A stretch of 64,000 nucleotides of DNA from Tubulanus polymorphus (taxonomy: Eukaryota > Animalia > Nemertea). Positions within the stretch are counted from its first letter, which is position 1, and each line of letters begins with the position of its first letter. Below are positions 35,953 to 50,306 of the stretch, piece by piece. The translations under genes and the position numbers were made by a program. The stretch covers positions 558,001 through 622,000 of the forward strand of contig NC_134027.1 of NCBI RefSeq assembly GCF_964204645.1. Direction: 5' to 3'. The notes under the pieces were generated by a model. It was given only the letters and a program-made list of their open reading frames with translations. It ran no database searches and had not been told where the DNA came from.

Positions 35953-38390
35953 TAATCTGATAAATAGATGTAATAAACATATTGTTCTCATTTCAGTGTC
36001 CGATCAATGTTAGTTACACTATAAGGAATAGACCCAGTAGCTGAATTGAACTGAACTGATCCACAGTGAATATTTGAGTCACCTTCAGATATTAGTGGTA
36101 TGTCTGTATGCAGACAAAATTCTATTTTAACAACTGAGTTTGTGTTTTAAATCTTTGAAATAAGTAGGCCTATAATATCATTGAATCTGTTATTTTCATT
36201 TCAGTGTTTGTCATTATAAGCTGAACTGGTAAATAATTAACGTACAAACTCCACTGGTTGAGTCACCTACAGACACATGGTATGTGTATAGAGATTAATT
36301 CAATGAATCTGAAATACTTTGTTTCTTAGTTATAAATGATTTTCCATTTTGTTTTAATCTGTTAGGAGATGAACTGAACAAATCAACAGTTCGAATTCTG
36401 TATCAATAAGTGGTATGTATGAAAATAGAATTTCAACAACTTATTTCATAATTTCCTGCAATAGAATCTGATAAATAATTGCCATTGAATCCGTTGTTTT
36501 CATTTCAGTGTCAATCATTGTTCGTTGAACTGTAAAGAATGAATGAACCAACATCTTATTTGAACTGAACTCTACAGTCCATGGTTGAATCTATAGCTAT
36601 AGACATACAGTACGTGGTGTGTGTGTATGGAGGCAATTTCAATTTAATTGAAACACTTGTTTCATTATAATTATTAATGATTATTATGATTATCCATTTT
36701 GTTTTAATCTGTTTAGGAGAAACCTGAACCAAGGATGTTATATTGCCACAGATATCATGTATGTATCAACGTCTTTCTGTTTTATTCTGTTTCTGTTCTG
36801 CAGAAGAATCTGAGATGATTATAATGTTATGGACTGAATGTGTTTTCCATTTTAGTTTCCATCAATGTTAGTTGAACTGTAACTGATAGAAGAGAACCAT
36901 GGACGTTATAACTCCCCACAGATGTCGTGTATGTATCTGTAGAGGAATCTTTGAGAGATAGATTTTATAGAATCTGTTATTTTCAGTGTTGATCAATGTT
37001 AGTTGAACTGTAATGAGTAAAACCAGTAGTTACTTCACAGTCAATGGTTTAGTCAGTAACAATGTATGTGATGTGGTTTGTGTGTATGGAGACAATTTCA
37101 TTATTTTCATTAATTATTTGTTAGACGATGACCAATTGTCCATGGGATGACCGGTTACTAGTAGATGACCAGGGTTGACCAATTGCCAGATGACCAATTG
37201 CCAGAAATGATCAGGGAACAGTCAACATGTATGTATCGAGACAATTTTCTGTTGTTATGAGGAATCTCATAGAATCTGTTATTTTTATTTCAGTGTCCGC
37301 ATCATGAGTTGAAACGAATATCTGATTTGAAGTGAACTCTGCAGTCATTCAACAGTTGAGGAGCCCTTACACATATATAAGTTACGTATTAGTGATATTT
37401 ACCACTGACAGACAATTAAAACAACTTGTATTATAATGATTTGCTGTTTGTGAATGAACTTGAGAACAGTCGCTACTCCTTAATGCTATCAGTTACAGCC
37501 ACCTTTTGATAGAATCTCTGTCTAAACCTCTTGCATGATCATCTCTATCTCAATTATAATATAATAAATACTAATCCTTCATTTTAACTCTCTTCTATTC
37601 TAATACATTGTCAAAAGATGGTTGTCATTAATAGAATTAGGGACGCTATACAGCTGGCTAATTGTCATAATCTAAACCCTTTTTGTGTTCACTGCATACT
37701 CTGTGACCCTCCATTTCAATACATTTTAATTGATTCAATTGCACCAACTTTTTATATTTTTTTTTCATGTCAGCGTCAATCGTTTTTACCTGCTGCAGGT
37801 AGAAATGAATCCACTGCTTGAGTGGCTATAAAAGTCGGTGGTGAAGACAAGTACACTCAATTGGAGACAATAATTTCTTTGAGATCTGACAGTGGTAGGA
37901 ATTGTAACATTTTAATAAATAAGGGGTACATCTAGAAAATTGGAAGACACGTTTTAATTGATATCTGTTATTTTACGTGTTTCAGCTTCAAGTTCATCCG
38001 AGTTCTACCAAATGAGATTATTCACCCATGAAGACTCGACTGATTCATACCCACATAAGGTAGTTGTACTTTCATTTTTATTAAACATTTCAATAATTAA
38101 AATTGGCGCTATTAAGAAGAAAAAAGAAATTCATAAATTGCATTATTTAAAGTACTTTGATTTAAAACCTATTCATAGATAACAATGCGGTACCGCTGCA
38201 TAACAGATGGCACCACTATACGGTCGTTGGTACTACTAGACTGGTTACCTGTATAATAAGTACAATACAATGAATTTTATTCGCACGGTGACGGATGTAT
38301 TGGCATTGAAGCGCTCACTTATAATTCTATTGTATTGAATGTAGACCCAGAAAACCACGAAGGCTGCATTACGATTGTACCTTACACACA

Positions 38391-38563
38391 GGGCCACCTT
38401 CGGTTATCGGAGTCAGTCGACTTAAAGTAGTCCCGGAACTCGGGTGCCGAGTAACTCATGTCAAATGTCGGAACTATATTCCGGAAATAGTTCGAAAATC
38501 AAGCGCATTCGGTTATTAGTTCCAACCACTAGTCGACTAGCTACCGATTACCGAATTTGGCCC
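38391..38563. mobile_element. Harbinger-like MITE
   Basis: GGGCCACCTTCGGTTATCGG..AGTCGACT / AGTCGACT..CCGATTACCGAATTTGGCCC imperfect inverted termini, with CAG at both flanks. Confidence 0.55.
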
Positions 38564-39319
38564 AGCCTGTCTAACTCTGGATTCGCAACTGGCAACCGAG
38601 TTAATAAGTGCTTCTCGCTAGCCAGGTTGCCGCTAAGCGGCCACCAGTCTATAATATTAACCCAATCACGCGTTGTTTGTCACTCGCTGATTCGCTACGC
38701 ATCTGATTGGCTAGATATATAGACTGGTGGCCGCTTGACCATTGAGGCAAGCGAGGATGGTTGCGTGACTTATCGAAATGTTCGCTTGCCACAGCAGGAA
38801 TACCGTCCAATGTAATAAGTGTTTATGTATTAATTGTAGGAATGCCTGGTGATGTAGATCAAGTTCACAGAAACTGAAAACAGAAAGAAACCTGGCGGAA
38901 TCTATTGTGTATAAATAAATATATTTATTATCGTGTTGTGTTGTTTATTCTGAGTGCGATCTGTGGTGATTCAACCACTTGGTCCTCTCAAGTTTTTTTC
39001 CCCATCCAAATTTTTGAATCCGTTTGCGCCGTTTTGACTGAAGTGATCTTTAAATTTGTATTAGTTCTAAGACTTAGACAGGTCTTAAATTCTTTCAGTT
39101 GCGGCCACCTCTCGACAAAAATCTATTGTACTAATCCTTAAAAACTTCTAATCGCATGCGTCGAAAGGTGGCTGTCATAGATGGAACTAGAGATATGATC
39201 GATGTCTAAGATGAATACAATTGCGTTTAATTTGAAACTGCTAAACAGTTGCAGTAAGAGTTAAATAACGATCATCGCTGTATCTATGCTTGTGATGCTC
39301 GTTCCACTCTCAGTAATTA

Positions 39320-39507
39320 CAGAGCTGCCAACTGTTACTGATTTCCAGTATTAGTTAGTATTTTATAACGAGAAATACTGATCTGATTTGTGAAGGTCTT
39401 GCCGTTGATTACTGATTAATTGAACATTCCTTTGATATTTCAATGAAACGTTACTGAAAAAAATTCAATTTGCTACTGATAGGACTTTTCAAAGGTTGGC
39501 AGCCCTG
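39320..39507. mobile_element. Second member of the same hAT-like MITE family
   Basis: Same TIRs and internal ACGAGAAATACTGAT. Flanks TAATTA / TAGTTA. Confidence 0.75.
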
Positions 39508-39869
39508 TAGTTATCTTGGTCTCGCAACTTTACCACCTCAGTACCGGCGACGCTTCACTCGTAATCCTCGCCTTCCATTCCGCGCATTTAGCTATCCTCG
39601 CTTGCCGGGGTTTAATTGGTTCTGCCCAATCAGATGCGTTGTTTTTCTACCAATAAGGGGCGCCAATTTAAACCCCGGCAAGCGAGGATTAATTTGTCAG
39701 CGTTGCCACCGTTAGCTCCAGTACTGTGCCATTGTCAGTTAGACTGGGTCTGAAATTGTTGTGGCAAGCTGCAGGTCTGGACTGCGCGACCAACATTTTC
39801 CATTCCTACATCCGAAATCTACACGTTTTCTTGGCAGTTTGGTTGGTTTTTGTTCGAACGCGCCTCTGG

Positions 39870-41050
39870 TAGTAGACTGGTTGCTAGTTTACATTAGCCT
39901 GGTTGCCGGTCTCTTCCTGTAGACCGTTTACCGGTCTCTATCTTTCATTAGAGACCGGTTGTGCCCATCCTCCATTTTACATTTTCGATGCATGTCAAAT
40001 AAGGTCAAACATGTTAAGTAGCAAGTTACTTCCTGGTTAAGATGGCGTCTCTTCGAATCTGCTTGGCTTCGAGCGATATTAAAATTGCCCTTTATAATGG
40101 ACGGAAAGACATTAATTGCTAAGTATCAGATAAATCCGCTGATAATTTACCTGGTACTCGAAATACCGACTAACAAGGATCGAAATCTAATGCGAGGTGA
40201 GCTCTGCCGCGACCGTCACTGAATACAGAACATTCTGAAGGAACAGAGGACATCCTTCCTATAACTACCGTTCGTGGGATGTATTTAGTGAATTGATGTT
40301 TTAATACAGTGTTGTAAAATGACTATATTTAGTATCTGAATAAAGTTTACAATTGCTGAATTCCTTAGTGCTTTGTTAGATCAGATATTTGGATCCACCT
40401 CAGCCTACTGATTTCCTGATACAGACAGCAAGTTGGGACAGTCAAATTAAGAGATTTGGTCAAGACAAGTTACTCAGATCACACTGGAAATTCGCAATAT
40501 CCTCTCTCCTCATGGACCACACATTGTCAATGTTGACTTTGCTAGAAATCGATTATAAAATTCACCACGACCAATTCTTTTTCACTGAATTCAATATTTA
40601 TTGTTCACTTCTGGTACAAAATCTTGTTCAGCCCCTGACAAGAGAATAAACAATGACACTACGTATTTCATGACATAGAACAGTAGTTTTTTTTTCATCG
40701 ACAAATTGGGACGATCCTGATATCCCTGATTTGAATGATAGTGTCTTTAGAATCATAAATACCATGTCTCGACCAGACAGATAATCCAATCACAATTCAA
40801 ATTGAAGGCTCGCTAGTGCAGTTATTCACAGAATCCAGCTCTTTAAACCTCATCAGTTTATCAGAATCGAGGAGTTTCACCGCCTGTTATTTGGAATTTC
40901 ATTTCATGACAGCTAGTGCTGATTCTTTATTCTCTTTGATTACTGCATGATGTTATCATTCTGAAATTAAAATACATATCACACTTATAATTAAACCTGG
41001 ATTGACTTTACAAATTTAATGGTTCAGAATCCATTTTTCAAACTTACCTT
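39870..41050 (+). repeat. Older diverged paralog of block 240-1385 / 44040-45180
   Basis: Shared anchors CCCATCCTCCATTTTACATTTTC, TCTGAATAAAGTTTACAAT, AGATCAGATATTTGGATCCAC, CCAGCTCTTTAAACCTCATCA, ATCCATTTTTCAAACTTACC. Confidence 0.9.
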
Positions 41051-41858
41051 GATTAGCATTTGATTCTCTATATATCGTCAGAACATGGACTCAGAGTGTT
41101 TCTTTAATGGTTAAGAATGTCTCTTTAACCAACATCCCCCTAGCCTGCTTCCTACATATCCCTTCCCTTTCCTCCTGATTACCTTTGATCCCCACTGCCT
41201 AGCAGCTAACAGCTGCTGCTATTTTATCTGGTTTACATGTTTTGCAAATAGTGTCTGTTATGCTATAGTTGTTCTTTTAATTGTTTAACTTCTTCATCTG
41301 AAATTTCATTATTCTCATTTCAGTTTCACGCAGGAAATGGTTCATGAAAATCTGCATTGAGACTGGGACGAAATGTGCATTGAGACGGATGAAATCTGCA
41401 TGAACAGAGATATACTTTAAGATCCCCATTTTATCCATCGGAGTGAATGTACATCCACTACTCACAGGTAGCAAACCTACAAACGCTAAACACTCATCCC
41501 TGGGCCCTGATTCAAAAATAAAAATAAAAGATTAAATTAAGAATTAACATTTTTATGAATCAGTGATCAGTTTCATAAAATAAGTCCTAAATTAATTTTA
41601 GGGGTTTATTATTTCATATTGAAATGAATTCTTCATGTTTATGCAATTCTCATTATCTTTCATTGCAGCATTTATATATTCATTTTTAATCATACATGTG
41701 AAATATATAATGTATTTTCAGGGAAACGTAAACAAGAAAGGAAGGGAAGAAAGAGAAGGGAAGAAAGAGTTGGATGATTAATGCGCACTTATTCTCCATT
41801 CCGAATTCCTGTATTCGACTCTAGGTGATCATCATACGAACGAGATATAGAAAAAAAA

Positions 41859-42080
41859 CATTACTGAAGTCATCTCTATTTTTTAGTCTCAATTTATATT
41901 TCTAATTCAATTTACTAAGTGTGTAAGTCATCATTTGGATAAGTCGTCACATTACTGAAGTCATCTCTATTTTTTAGTTGTAATTAGTATTTCTAATTCA
42001 ATTTACTTATGTCAGTTATCATTTCGATAAATTGCCACATTACTGAAGTCATCTTTATTTTGAAGTCTCAATTAGTATTC
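41859..42080. repeat. ~90-bp repeat x~2.5-3
   Basis: CATTACTGAAGTCATCT recurs at ~41859, 41950 and 42038. Confidence 0.8.
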
Positions 42081-45000
42081 GGTTTACTTCAGATAACGTA
42101 ATTTGGTTTAATCACAAGTCGTCAACATTATAATCAATGTAACTACAGTGACTACATTATTGTCTTTTTATTGAGAAATTTATGTTAATTTTTGATTTCT
42201 GGGATAAATCAAAATTCAAATGTTATCATTTTTTTGTATCAAAAATTGTAAAAAATTGAATAACTTGTGTGCTGTTGAAACATTCAGTTATGGAGAGTTT
42301 TTAGCTCAGAAAACTTTGAGCCTGTTTATACAAGTGTTGTAGCAAGTGTTGAACAATTCAAAGATCATGTTTTTTATACTTTGTCATGTTAGAAAATATT
42401 TTTTCTGGTATATTGATGTTTCTAAAAAAACATATGATTCAACTTTAAAAGGCCAACAAGCCTTCTAATAAAACTAGTTTGTCATATATATATATATATT
42501 ACTTGTCAAGTCATTGTCAAGTTTTTTAAAAAATATTTTGGTTTTCTCAGCTTTCTCTGGTGGAAATTTCTTCGTGGAATTCCTCTTCTATACAAGTTCC
42601 TCCTCAGACTGTTTTTATGCGAGAGTTTATAACAACCGGATCCTCAGAAAATGGTCGCAGTGCCAAGTCTTCGATTTAAGATCACCAGTCTTATCTGAGA
42701 CCATAAGTTCACTAGCAAGTTTCACTAGCGATTCCAACAGCTATAGGATGGAACAGTATTATTATATAGGTCACCACTGTGCAATTGAGCCCAGATCATC
42801 AGAAAAAGATAGTGAAGATGTGATGGGATTCATTGAAAATTTTGCATATATAATTAATTCATTGAACGACTTAATTTGTATAATCTATTTTTTGGGAATT
42901 TTCGAATTTTTCATCAATAACTAGTATATATTTCTTTTCAAGTTGTGAGCGATCTAGTTCTCTGTCGACCCATTGAAAATGAATCGACTCTGACCTGTAG
43001 AACTGGACCCAGGGAACTGAATCTCGCGTGCCACAGCAAGATACAGAGCTCTTCAATGTATTAACCGTTAGGTGCTGCCCCTAAACAAATCAATAGCGGT
43101 AAATCTGTGAACTAACTTATAGCTCGCTTGCCAGAGTAGAATCATAGCGAGCTGTCTAAAATCTTGAACCGTCTAGTGCTGCCCCTTAATCGATATGTAT
43201 CGGAAAAGTGAATTTATTACTCGCATGCCACAGTAGTTGTGTAGTTGGAACATCATGATAGACTCGTTTTTCTGTGCAGCTATAACGGGAGCTATTTCAG
43301 ATCTGACAATGAATATAAACTCAGTCACAGTTCGATAACAAACGCCGCTGGGTGGAATTGATGTAAACAAATAATCGTGTTGAAATTGAATTTAGTTTAA
43401 GATATATTTTCGTGGTAGTTTTTATTTTCAAGCTGTTTACGTTCACTTCAAATGATGAAACGATGAAACTATATTAAATACATCCCTGTTTTAGTGGGGA
43501 TTTTGAGTTTTGGTCCTTTCCGTATCTTCTAGAAACATCAAGTAGAAAGGCATTAACTGAACCCTATGTCTTTAACTTCAGGAGTCTATGGAGTTTTCGG
43601 ATGCCTCTTTTCCTCACTTCTTGCATTCGTCACCATTAGAAATCTGGACAAACTGAATTCAGTTCGACGAGGCCGAAGAACAGAAGACCAAAGAGTGATC
43701 TGCACTAGCCGCAGGGTTCGTGTTGGCTCGAATCGGTGGGAGGCAATCAAACCCCGACACGTGAAGATGTCATCCTCAAAAATAAGGATACCGGGACGCT
43801 TCTCTGGTTTACGATGATTAGTCTGCAGGGATAACTCTTCGGTGGGGCGTGATCGCGTGAATAGCCCAAACTAAACCTTCAGAGTTCACTGTACTACAGC
43901 ATACAACATCTGATAACTTGCATAATAAAGCGCGGCGTGCATGAAAAGAATTGTATAAATGCGGGCAAGATTCCGTGCCCTTGCAATCGAACGCCGGTGT
44001 GGAGGTATGCCATACACTGGTAGGTGAGTCGGAGCATAGACTGTTTGCCTGTCCCATAGACTGGTTGCCGGTCTCTACCTTCAGTTAGAGACCGGTTGAT
44101 CCCATCCTCCATTTTACATTTTCCATGCATGTCAAACATGTCAGTATCGAGTTACTTCCGGGTTAAAATGGCGTCTCATCGAATAAGCGAAACTAGGAGT
44201 AATATCAAAATCGCGCTGGAATGATTGATTACAGTAAATCAGCTGATTATCTATGAATCATAAATGTAAACAGCAAACAAAAGGAAATTTAAAGACCGAA
44301 GAATAGGCATTAATTGCTGTAAGTATCGAAATAATCCGCTGATATTTACTCGGAATTCAAACTGACAACTGAATTGATACTTATTCATTTTGTAGGTAAG
44401 AAAAAGGGCTCAGCCGCGATAGTCATTCTGAAGGAACTTGGCCGAAGGGGGACATGCTTTCTTTATAAACCGTATGTGAAATATATTCAGTGAATTGTTT
44501 TGTTAATGATGTGAAAATCACTAAAGTCTGAATAAAGTTTACAATAGTTGAACTCCTTTGTCAGTGTTTTGCGAGATCAGATATTTGGATCCACTGCAGC
44601 ATCTTCACTTATATTCTCGATACAGACAATGAGTTGGGACAGACTTGGGTAAGACCAATAATTCAGATCATCTGGATATTCACAATATTTTCCTCTCCTC
44701 ATGGACCAACATGATTTTTGCTAGAAATTGAGTATAAAATCCATCAAGAAAAACTCTTTTTTACTGCCATTCTATATTTATTGTCAACTTCTAGTACAAA
44801 ATCTAATTCAATATAAAGACAGCCTGACAAGACGATACATATTTTGTGACATTGCAAATTGTGTGACAACAGAATGACTCTGATATCTCTAACTTAACTC
44901 GAATCACAAAGACCAAGTCTTGACCAGACAGTAGGTCTAAATCCATGCTCGCTCGTGTAGTTATTCATAAATTCCAGCTCTTTAAACCTCATCATCTCAG

Positions 45001-47199
45001 AATCAAGGAGTTTCATCGTTATTTGGAATCTAATTTCATGACGATTAGAGCTGGATTCGTTAATCTCTTTGATTCGTGATTGACGTTACTTTCTGAAATT
45101 GAATCAATACACATATCACCAACAATTAAACCTGGATTGACTTTTCAATTCATGTCCCATCCATTTTTCAAACTTACCATGATACAACGACAATTCATTC
45201 TGTGCACGTTGAGCTCATTCAATTTAATATTGAGTTGTATCTCAGAAAATCTTCATCAGAACACACACAATGACCTACAAATAGACAATCAACAGAATAT
45301 TTATAAATAAGTATTCATTTACTGTTCACAAGTTTTAAAAGACATTGTCATTGAAGTGAAGTTACCTGTCGTATAATATTTTCACCACACTGTCATTGGG
45401 GGTCACTGAAATTGACTGCTAATGTCCAGTGTCACATTCAGAATAATCAATCAATCATCTTAAGTGAACTGACAAATTGCCGGTGTCGTGGCCTCTGCTG
45501 CATGGCTGTTTCAGTTCAGTACGTCAGTCAGTGGAGATTGGTTTTTCCATCTCAAGTTCGTTGTTGTTGTCGATTGACGACAGTTCCTTCGAGCAGGGTA
45601 GATTTTGACGGCGCTGTAACGGAGACATCTTGAATTGTATATCGATATTTTCGAAGCCACACGTAGTACAGGTGCCCGCAGAAAGGTTACCTGATAGTTT
45701 TGGTCGAGTTTCTTTCTTCATTGGTGTAAAAATCGACTTTTAAGCGGTCCATGGAACGTAAATCGAGACACTCTGGAGGCGGCCATGTTACATTGTTCAC
45801 GTGATGAAATACTGAAATCTGATTGGATCCGTACATTCCGTGGAAGATGGCGGACGGGTTAAACCTGTCCTATTCTGACTGCGAATGCAGGTGGCGCAGA
45901 ATTGGACAGGCGACCAGTCTACCTGTCCCATAGAGACCGGTAACCAGTCTAGCCACCTCACGATCAGTCTACATTGAAAAACCATTACTGAAATATGGTT
46001 GACGGAAATATTCATTTTATATCAGATTCTGAAATATTTTCCCATATTGATTACAAAATTTCTTATTATCTTAATAAGATAAATCTGCAAAAGCTCAACA
46101 ATTTGAATTAGTGAAAACCGATGTGCGAAGTCGTCAATTCAGTAGCCTGATAGAGCCCGGTAACCAGTCTAACTGTCAATGTTCATTGCGCGGGAATGAA
46201 CGGGCAACCAGTCTACGATGACAAATCATTTATGAAAAATTATGAACGGAGATATTCATTTTACTTTGAATTTTGAATTATCTTATAAAACTGACAGCCA
46301 TATTAACCAAAGTATTATTAGTAAATCTGATAAAATCTAATACCGGTTTTAGAATAGGTGAAAACTGATTTATGTGATGCCGTCGGTTCAGAAGACTGAT
46401 CCGTAGAATCGTTCGCCACTTTCTTCCGGTCCACTTACTTCCGCGTTTGTGATTTACATACAAGTAGTTTGAATGTTAAATGTATGAAGCCGCGTGTTGA
46501 TTGGTTGAGGTCAGTGCGGTTTACTGAACGATGACCAGCTGTCAGCTGATCGAATCATTCGTTTCACAGACATTACGACGTAAGTATATTTTACATCTTT
46601 GATCAAAAATTGTTGTGAAAAAACTCAAAACTAAGGCCTCTATAAATGATCGATTGACTTTAAATGATTACTTTAGCACAGCTCTTGTAGACAATGATTA
46701 GGTGTCATAGTAGTTTAGCTCGAAAGTGCACATATAAGGTTAATTTTCATCCGTTATTTAGAGACCGAGGTATTGAGCGTCCATTTCAGCCCTTAAACCA
46801 TCATCAACCTACCTCAAACTGACTGTTTTTAATCCAGCAATAGTTACCTAACTATTGACTCATCATGGATTCGATTCAAAAACAATTTTTGATGATCATA
46901 GTGATTCGAAACATTTGAATTTTTGAAAAACGCGAATGCTAAACGACGGATCCGGACTTCGATTGCGGCCCAATGGCAGAGTTGATTTTTTTATTTGGAA
47001 TTTTGAAGATATAAATCACTGAAATCAATTGGTTTTCTCAACCAAAATTGAAATTAAGAAGAATTTAGGATGGAGATGTTTGATTTTCATTTTGTCTAAA
47101 ATGCCGATTTAAAAATTAATTTAATTGAATCAAATTAATGAATTCATCATTTCATGATATTATAGATAATCAAAATGTGAATATGAAATAACCTTTTCA

Positions 47200-49000
47200 A
47201 TCGCTGTTTTTGGGTAAGATCGCAGTTTTTAGGTTAGATCGCTGTTTTGTGTTAGATCACTGTTTTTGTGTTAGATCGCTGTTTTTGTGTTAGATCGCTG
47301 TTTTAGGTTAGATCGCAGTTTTTAGGTTACATTGCAGTTTTTGGGTTAGACCGCAGTTTTTTTGTTAGATCGCAGTTTTTAAGTTAGATCGCAGTTTTTA
47401 GGTAAGATCGCAGTTTTTAGGTTAGATCGCTGTTTTGTGTTAGATCACTGTTTTTGTGTTAGATCACTGTTTTGTGTTAGATCGCTGTTTTAGGTTAGAT
47501 CGCAGTTTTTAGGTTACATTGCAGTTTTTGGGTTAGATCACAGTTTTTAGGTTAGATCGCTGTTTTGTGGTTAGATCACTGTTTTTGGTTAGATCGCTGT
47601 TTTGAGGTTAGATCACTGTTTTTGTGTTAGATCGCTGTTTTGTGTTAGATCGCTGTTTTAGGTTAGATCGCAGTTTTTAGGTTACATTGCAGTTTTTGGG
47701 TTAGATCGCAGTTTTTAGGTTAGATCACTGTTTTTGGGTTAGATCGCAGTTTTTAAGTTAGATCGCTGTTTTGGGTTAGATCACAGTTTTTGTGTTAGAT
47801 CGCTGTTTTAGGTTAGATCGCAGTTTTTAGGTTACATTGCAGTTTTTGGGTTAGACCGCAGTTTTTTTGTTAGATCGCAGATTTTGAGTTAGATCGCTGT
47901 TTTGGGTTAGATCGCAGTTTTTAGGTTAGATCGCTGTTTTTGGGTTAGATCACTGTTTTAGGTTAGACCGCAGTTTTTTTGTTAGATCGCAGGTTTTAAG
48001 TTAGATCGCTGTTTTGGGTTAGATCACAGTTTTTGTGTTAGATCGCTGTTTTTGGGTTAGATCACTGTTTTTGTGTTAGATAGCTGTTTTTAGGTTAGAT
48101 TGCTGTTTTTGGGTTAGATCGCTGTTTTTGTGTTAGATCGCTGTTTTTGGGTTAGATCGCTGTTTTGGGTTAGATCACAGTTTTTGGGTTAGATCACAGT
48201 TTTTGTGTTAGATCGCTGTTTTTGGGTTAAATTGCTGTTTTTGTGTTAGATCATTGTTTTTTGTGTTAGATCGCAGTTTTTAGGTTAGATCGCAGTTTTT
48301 GTGTTAGATCGCTCTTTTTAGGTTAGAATGCTGTTTTTAGGTTAGATCGCTGTTTTGTGTTAGATCGCTGTTTTTAGGTTAGATCACAGTTTTTGGGTTA
48401 GATCACAGTTTTTGTGTTAGATCGCAGTATTTAGGTTAAATTGCTGTTTTAAGGTTAGATGGCTGTTTTTCTGTTAGATCCCTTTTTTTTCTTAGATCGC
48501 AGTATTTAGGTTAGATAGCTGTGTTTAGGTTAGATCGCTGTTTTTAGCTTAGATCGCAGTTTTTGTATTAGATCACAGTTTTTTATGTCACTGTTTTTGG
48601 GTTAGATTGGTGTTTTTGTGTTAGATCACTATTTTTCTGTTAGATCCCTTTTTTTTCTTAGATCGCAGTATTTAGGTTAGATAGCTGTGTTTAGGTTAGA
48701 TCGCTGTTTTTAGGTTAGATCGCAGTTTTTGTATTAGATCGCAGTTTTTTATGTCGCTGTTTTTGGGTTAGCTCGCCGTTTTTATGTTAGATCGATGTTT
48801 TTGGGTTAGCTCGCTGTTTTTGAGTTAGATCATGTTTTTGTGTTAGATCGCTGTTTTTGAGTTAGATCATGTTTTTGGGTTAGATCGCTGTTCTTGGGTT
48901 AGATCGCTGTTTTTGGGTTAGATCACTGTTTTTGTGTTAGATCGCTGTTTTTGGGTTAGCTCGCTGTTTTTGGGTTAGATCACTGTTTTTGTGTTTTTGT
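47200..49000. repeat. Copy B of the 20-21-bp minisatellite
   Basis: Same unit as 3226-4740. Confidence 0.97.
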
Positions 49001-49044
49001 CAATCATCATGTCAAGATTTGCTATCCCAGTTGCCTTCACGTTT

Positions 49045-50235
49045 CATATAGAGAAATAGTGGATGTGGTGTCCCTGGACCCCTACATGCATCATATAGAG
49101 GATTAGTGGATGTGGTGTCCCTGGACCCCTACATGCATCATATAGAGAATTAGTGGATGTGGTGTCCCTGGACCCCTACATGCACCATATAGAGAATTAG
49201 TGGATGTGGTGTCCCTGGACCCCTACATGCACCATATAGAGAATTAGTGGATGTGGTGTCCCTGGACCCCTACATGCACCATATAGAGAATTAGTGGATG
49301 TGGTGTCCCTGGACCCCTACATGCACCATATAGAGAATTAGTGGATGTGGTGTCCCTGGACCCCTTCATGCATCATATAGAGAATTAGTGGATGTGGTGT
49401 CCCTGGACCCCTACATGCATCATATAGAGAATTAATGGATGTGGTGTCCCTGGACCCCTACATGCATCATATAGAGAATTAGTGGATGTGGTGTCCCTGG
49501 ACCCCTACATGCACCATATAGAGGATTAGTGGATGTGGTGTCCCTGGACCCCTACATGCATCATATAGAGAATTAGTGGATGTGGTGTCCCTGGACCCCT
49601 ACATGCATCATATAGAGAATTAGTGGATGTGGTGTCCCTGGACCCCTACATGCACCATATAGAGGATTAGTGGATGTGGTGTCCCTGGACCCCTACATGC
49701 ACCATATAGAGAATTAGTGGATGTGGTGTCCCTGGACCCCTACATGCATCATATAGAGAATTAGTGGATGTGGTGTCCCTGGACCCCTACATGCACCATA
49801 TAGAGAATTAGTGGATGTGGTGTCCCTGGACCCCTACATGCATCATATAGAGAATTAGTGGATGTGGTGTCCCTGGACCCCTACATGCACCATATAGAGG
49901 ATTAGTGGATGTGGTGTCCCTGGACCCCTACATGCACCATACAGAGAATTAGTGGATGTGGTGTCCCTGGACCCCTACATGCCCCATATAGAGAATTAGT
50001 GGATGTGGTGTCCCTGGACCCCTACATGCACCATATAGAGAATTAGTGGATGTGGTGTCCCTGGACCCCTACATGCATCATATAGAGAATTAGTGGATGT
50101 GGTGTCCCTGGACCCCTACATGCACCATATAAAGAATTAGTGGATGTGGTGTCCCTGGACCCCTACATGCCCCATATAGAGAATTAGTGGATGTGGTGTT
50201 CCTGGACCCCTACATGCACCATATAGAGAATTAGT
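49045..50235. repeat. Copy B of the 47-bp minisatellite, ~25 units
   Basis: Same unit as 4787-5081. Confidence 0.97.
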
Positions 50236-50306
50236 TCACTGAACCAGAATAAGACTGACTGATATATTTTCAAATGATTTAATATTTTTACTTGTTTTTC
50301 TAGAAG

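Larger units (their letters stand above)
33376..38059 (+). ncRNA. Putative multi-exon spliced long non-coding RNA built from diverged exon-intron repeats (about 15 exons)
   Basis: Alternating acceptors (TTTTCATTTCAG|TGT, TGTTAG|GAGA) and donors (GTATGT). Example exons 33376-33422, 35289-35388, 35487-35576, ~35662-35747, ~35997-36097, ~36205-36279, ~36366-36412 and 37986-38059. The exon checked (35487) has stops in all three frames. Confidence 0.55.

Noticed and set aside
42514-42924. 136-aa ORF
   Set aside because: Non-ATG start, no recognisable motif and AT-rich random composition.
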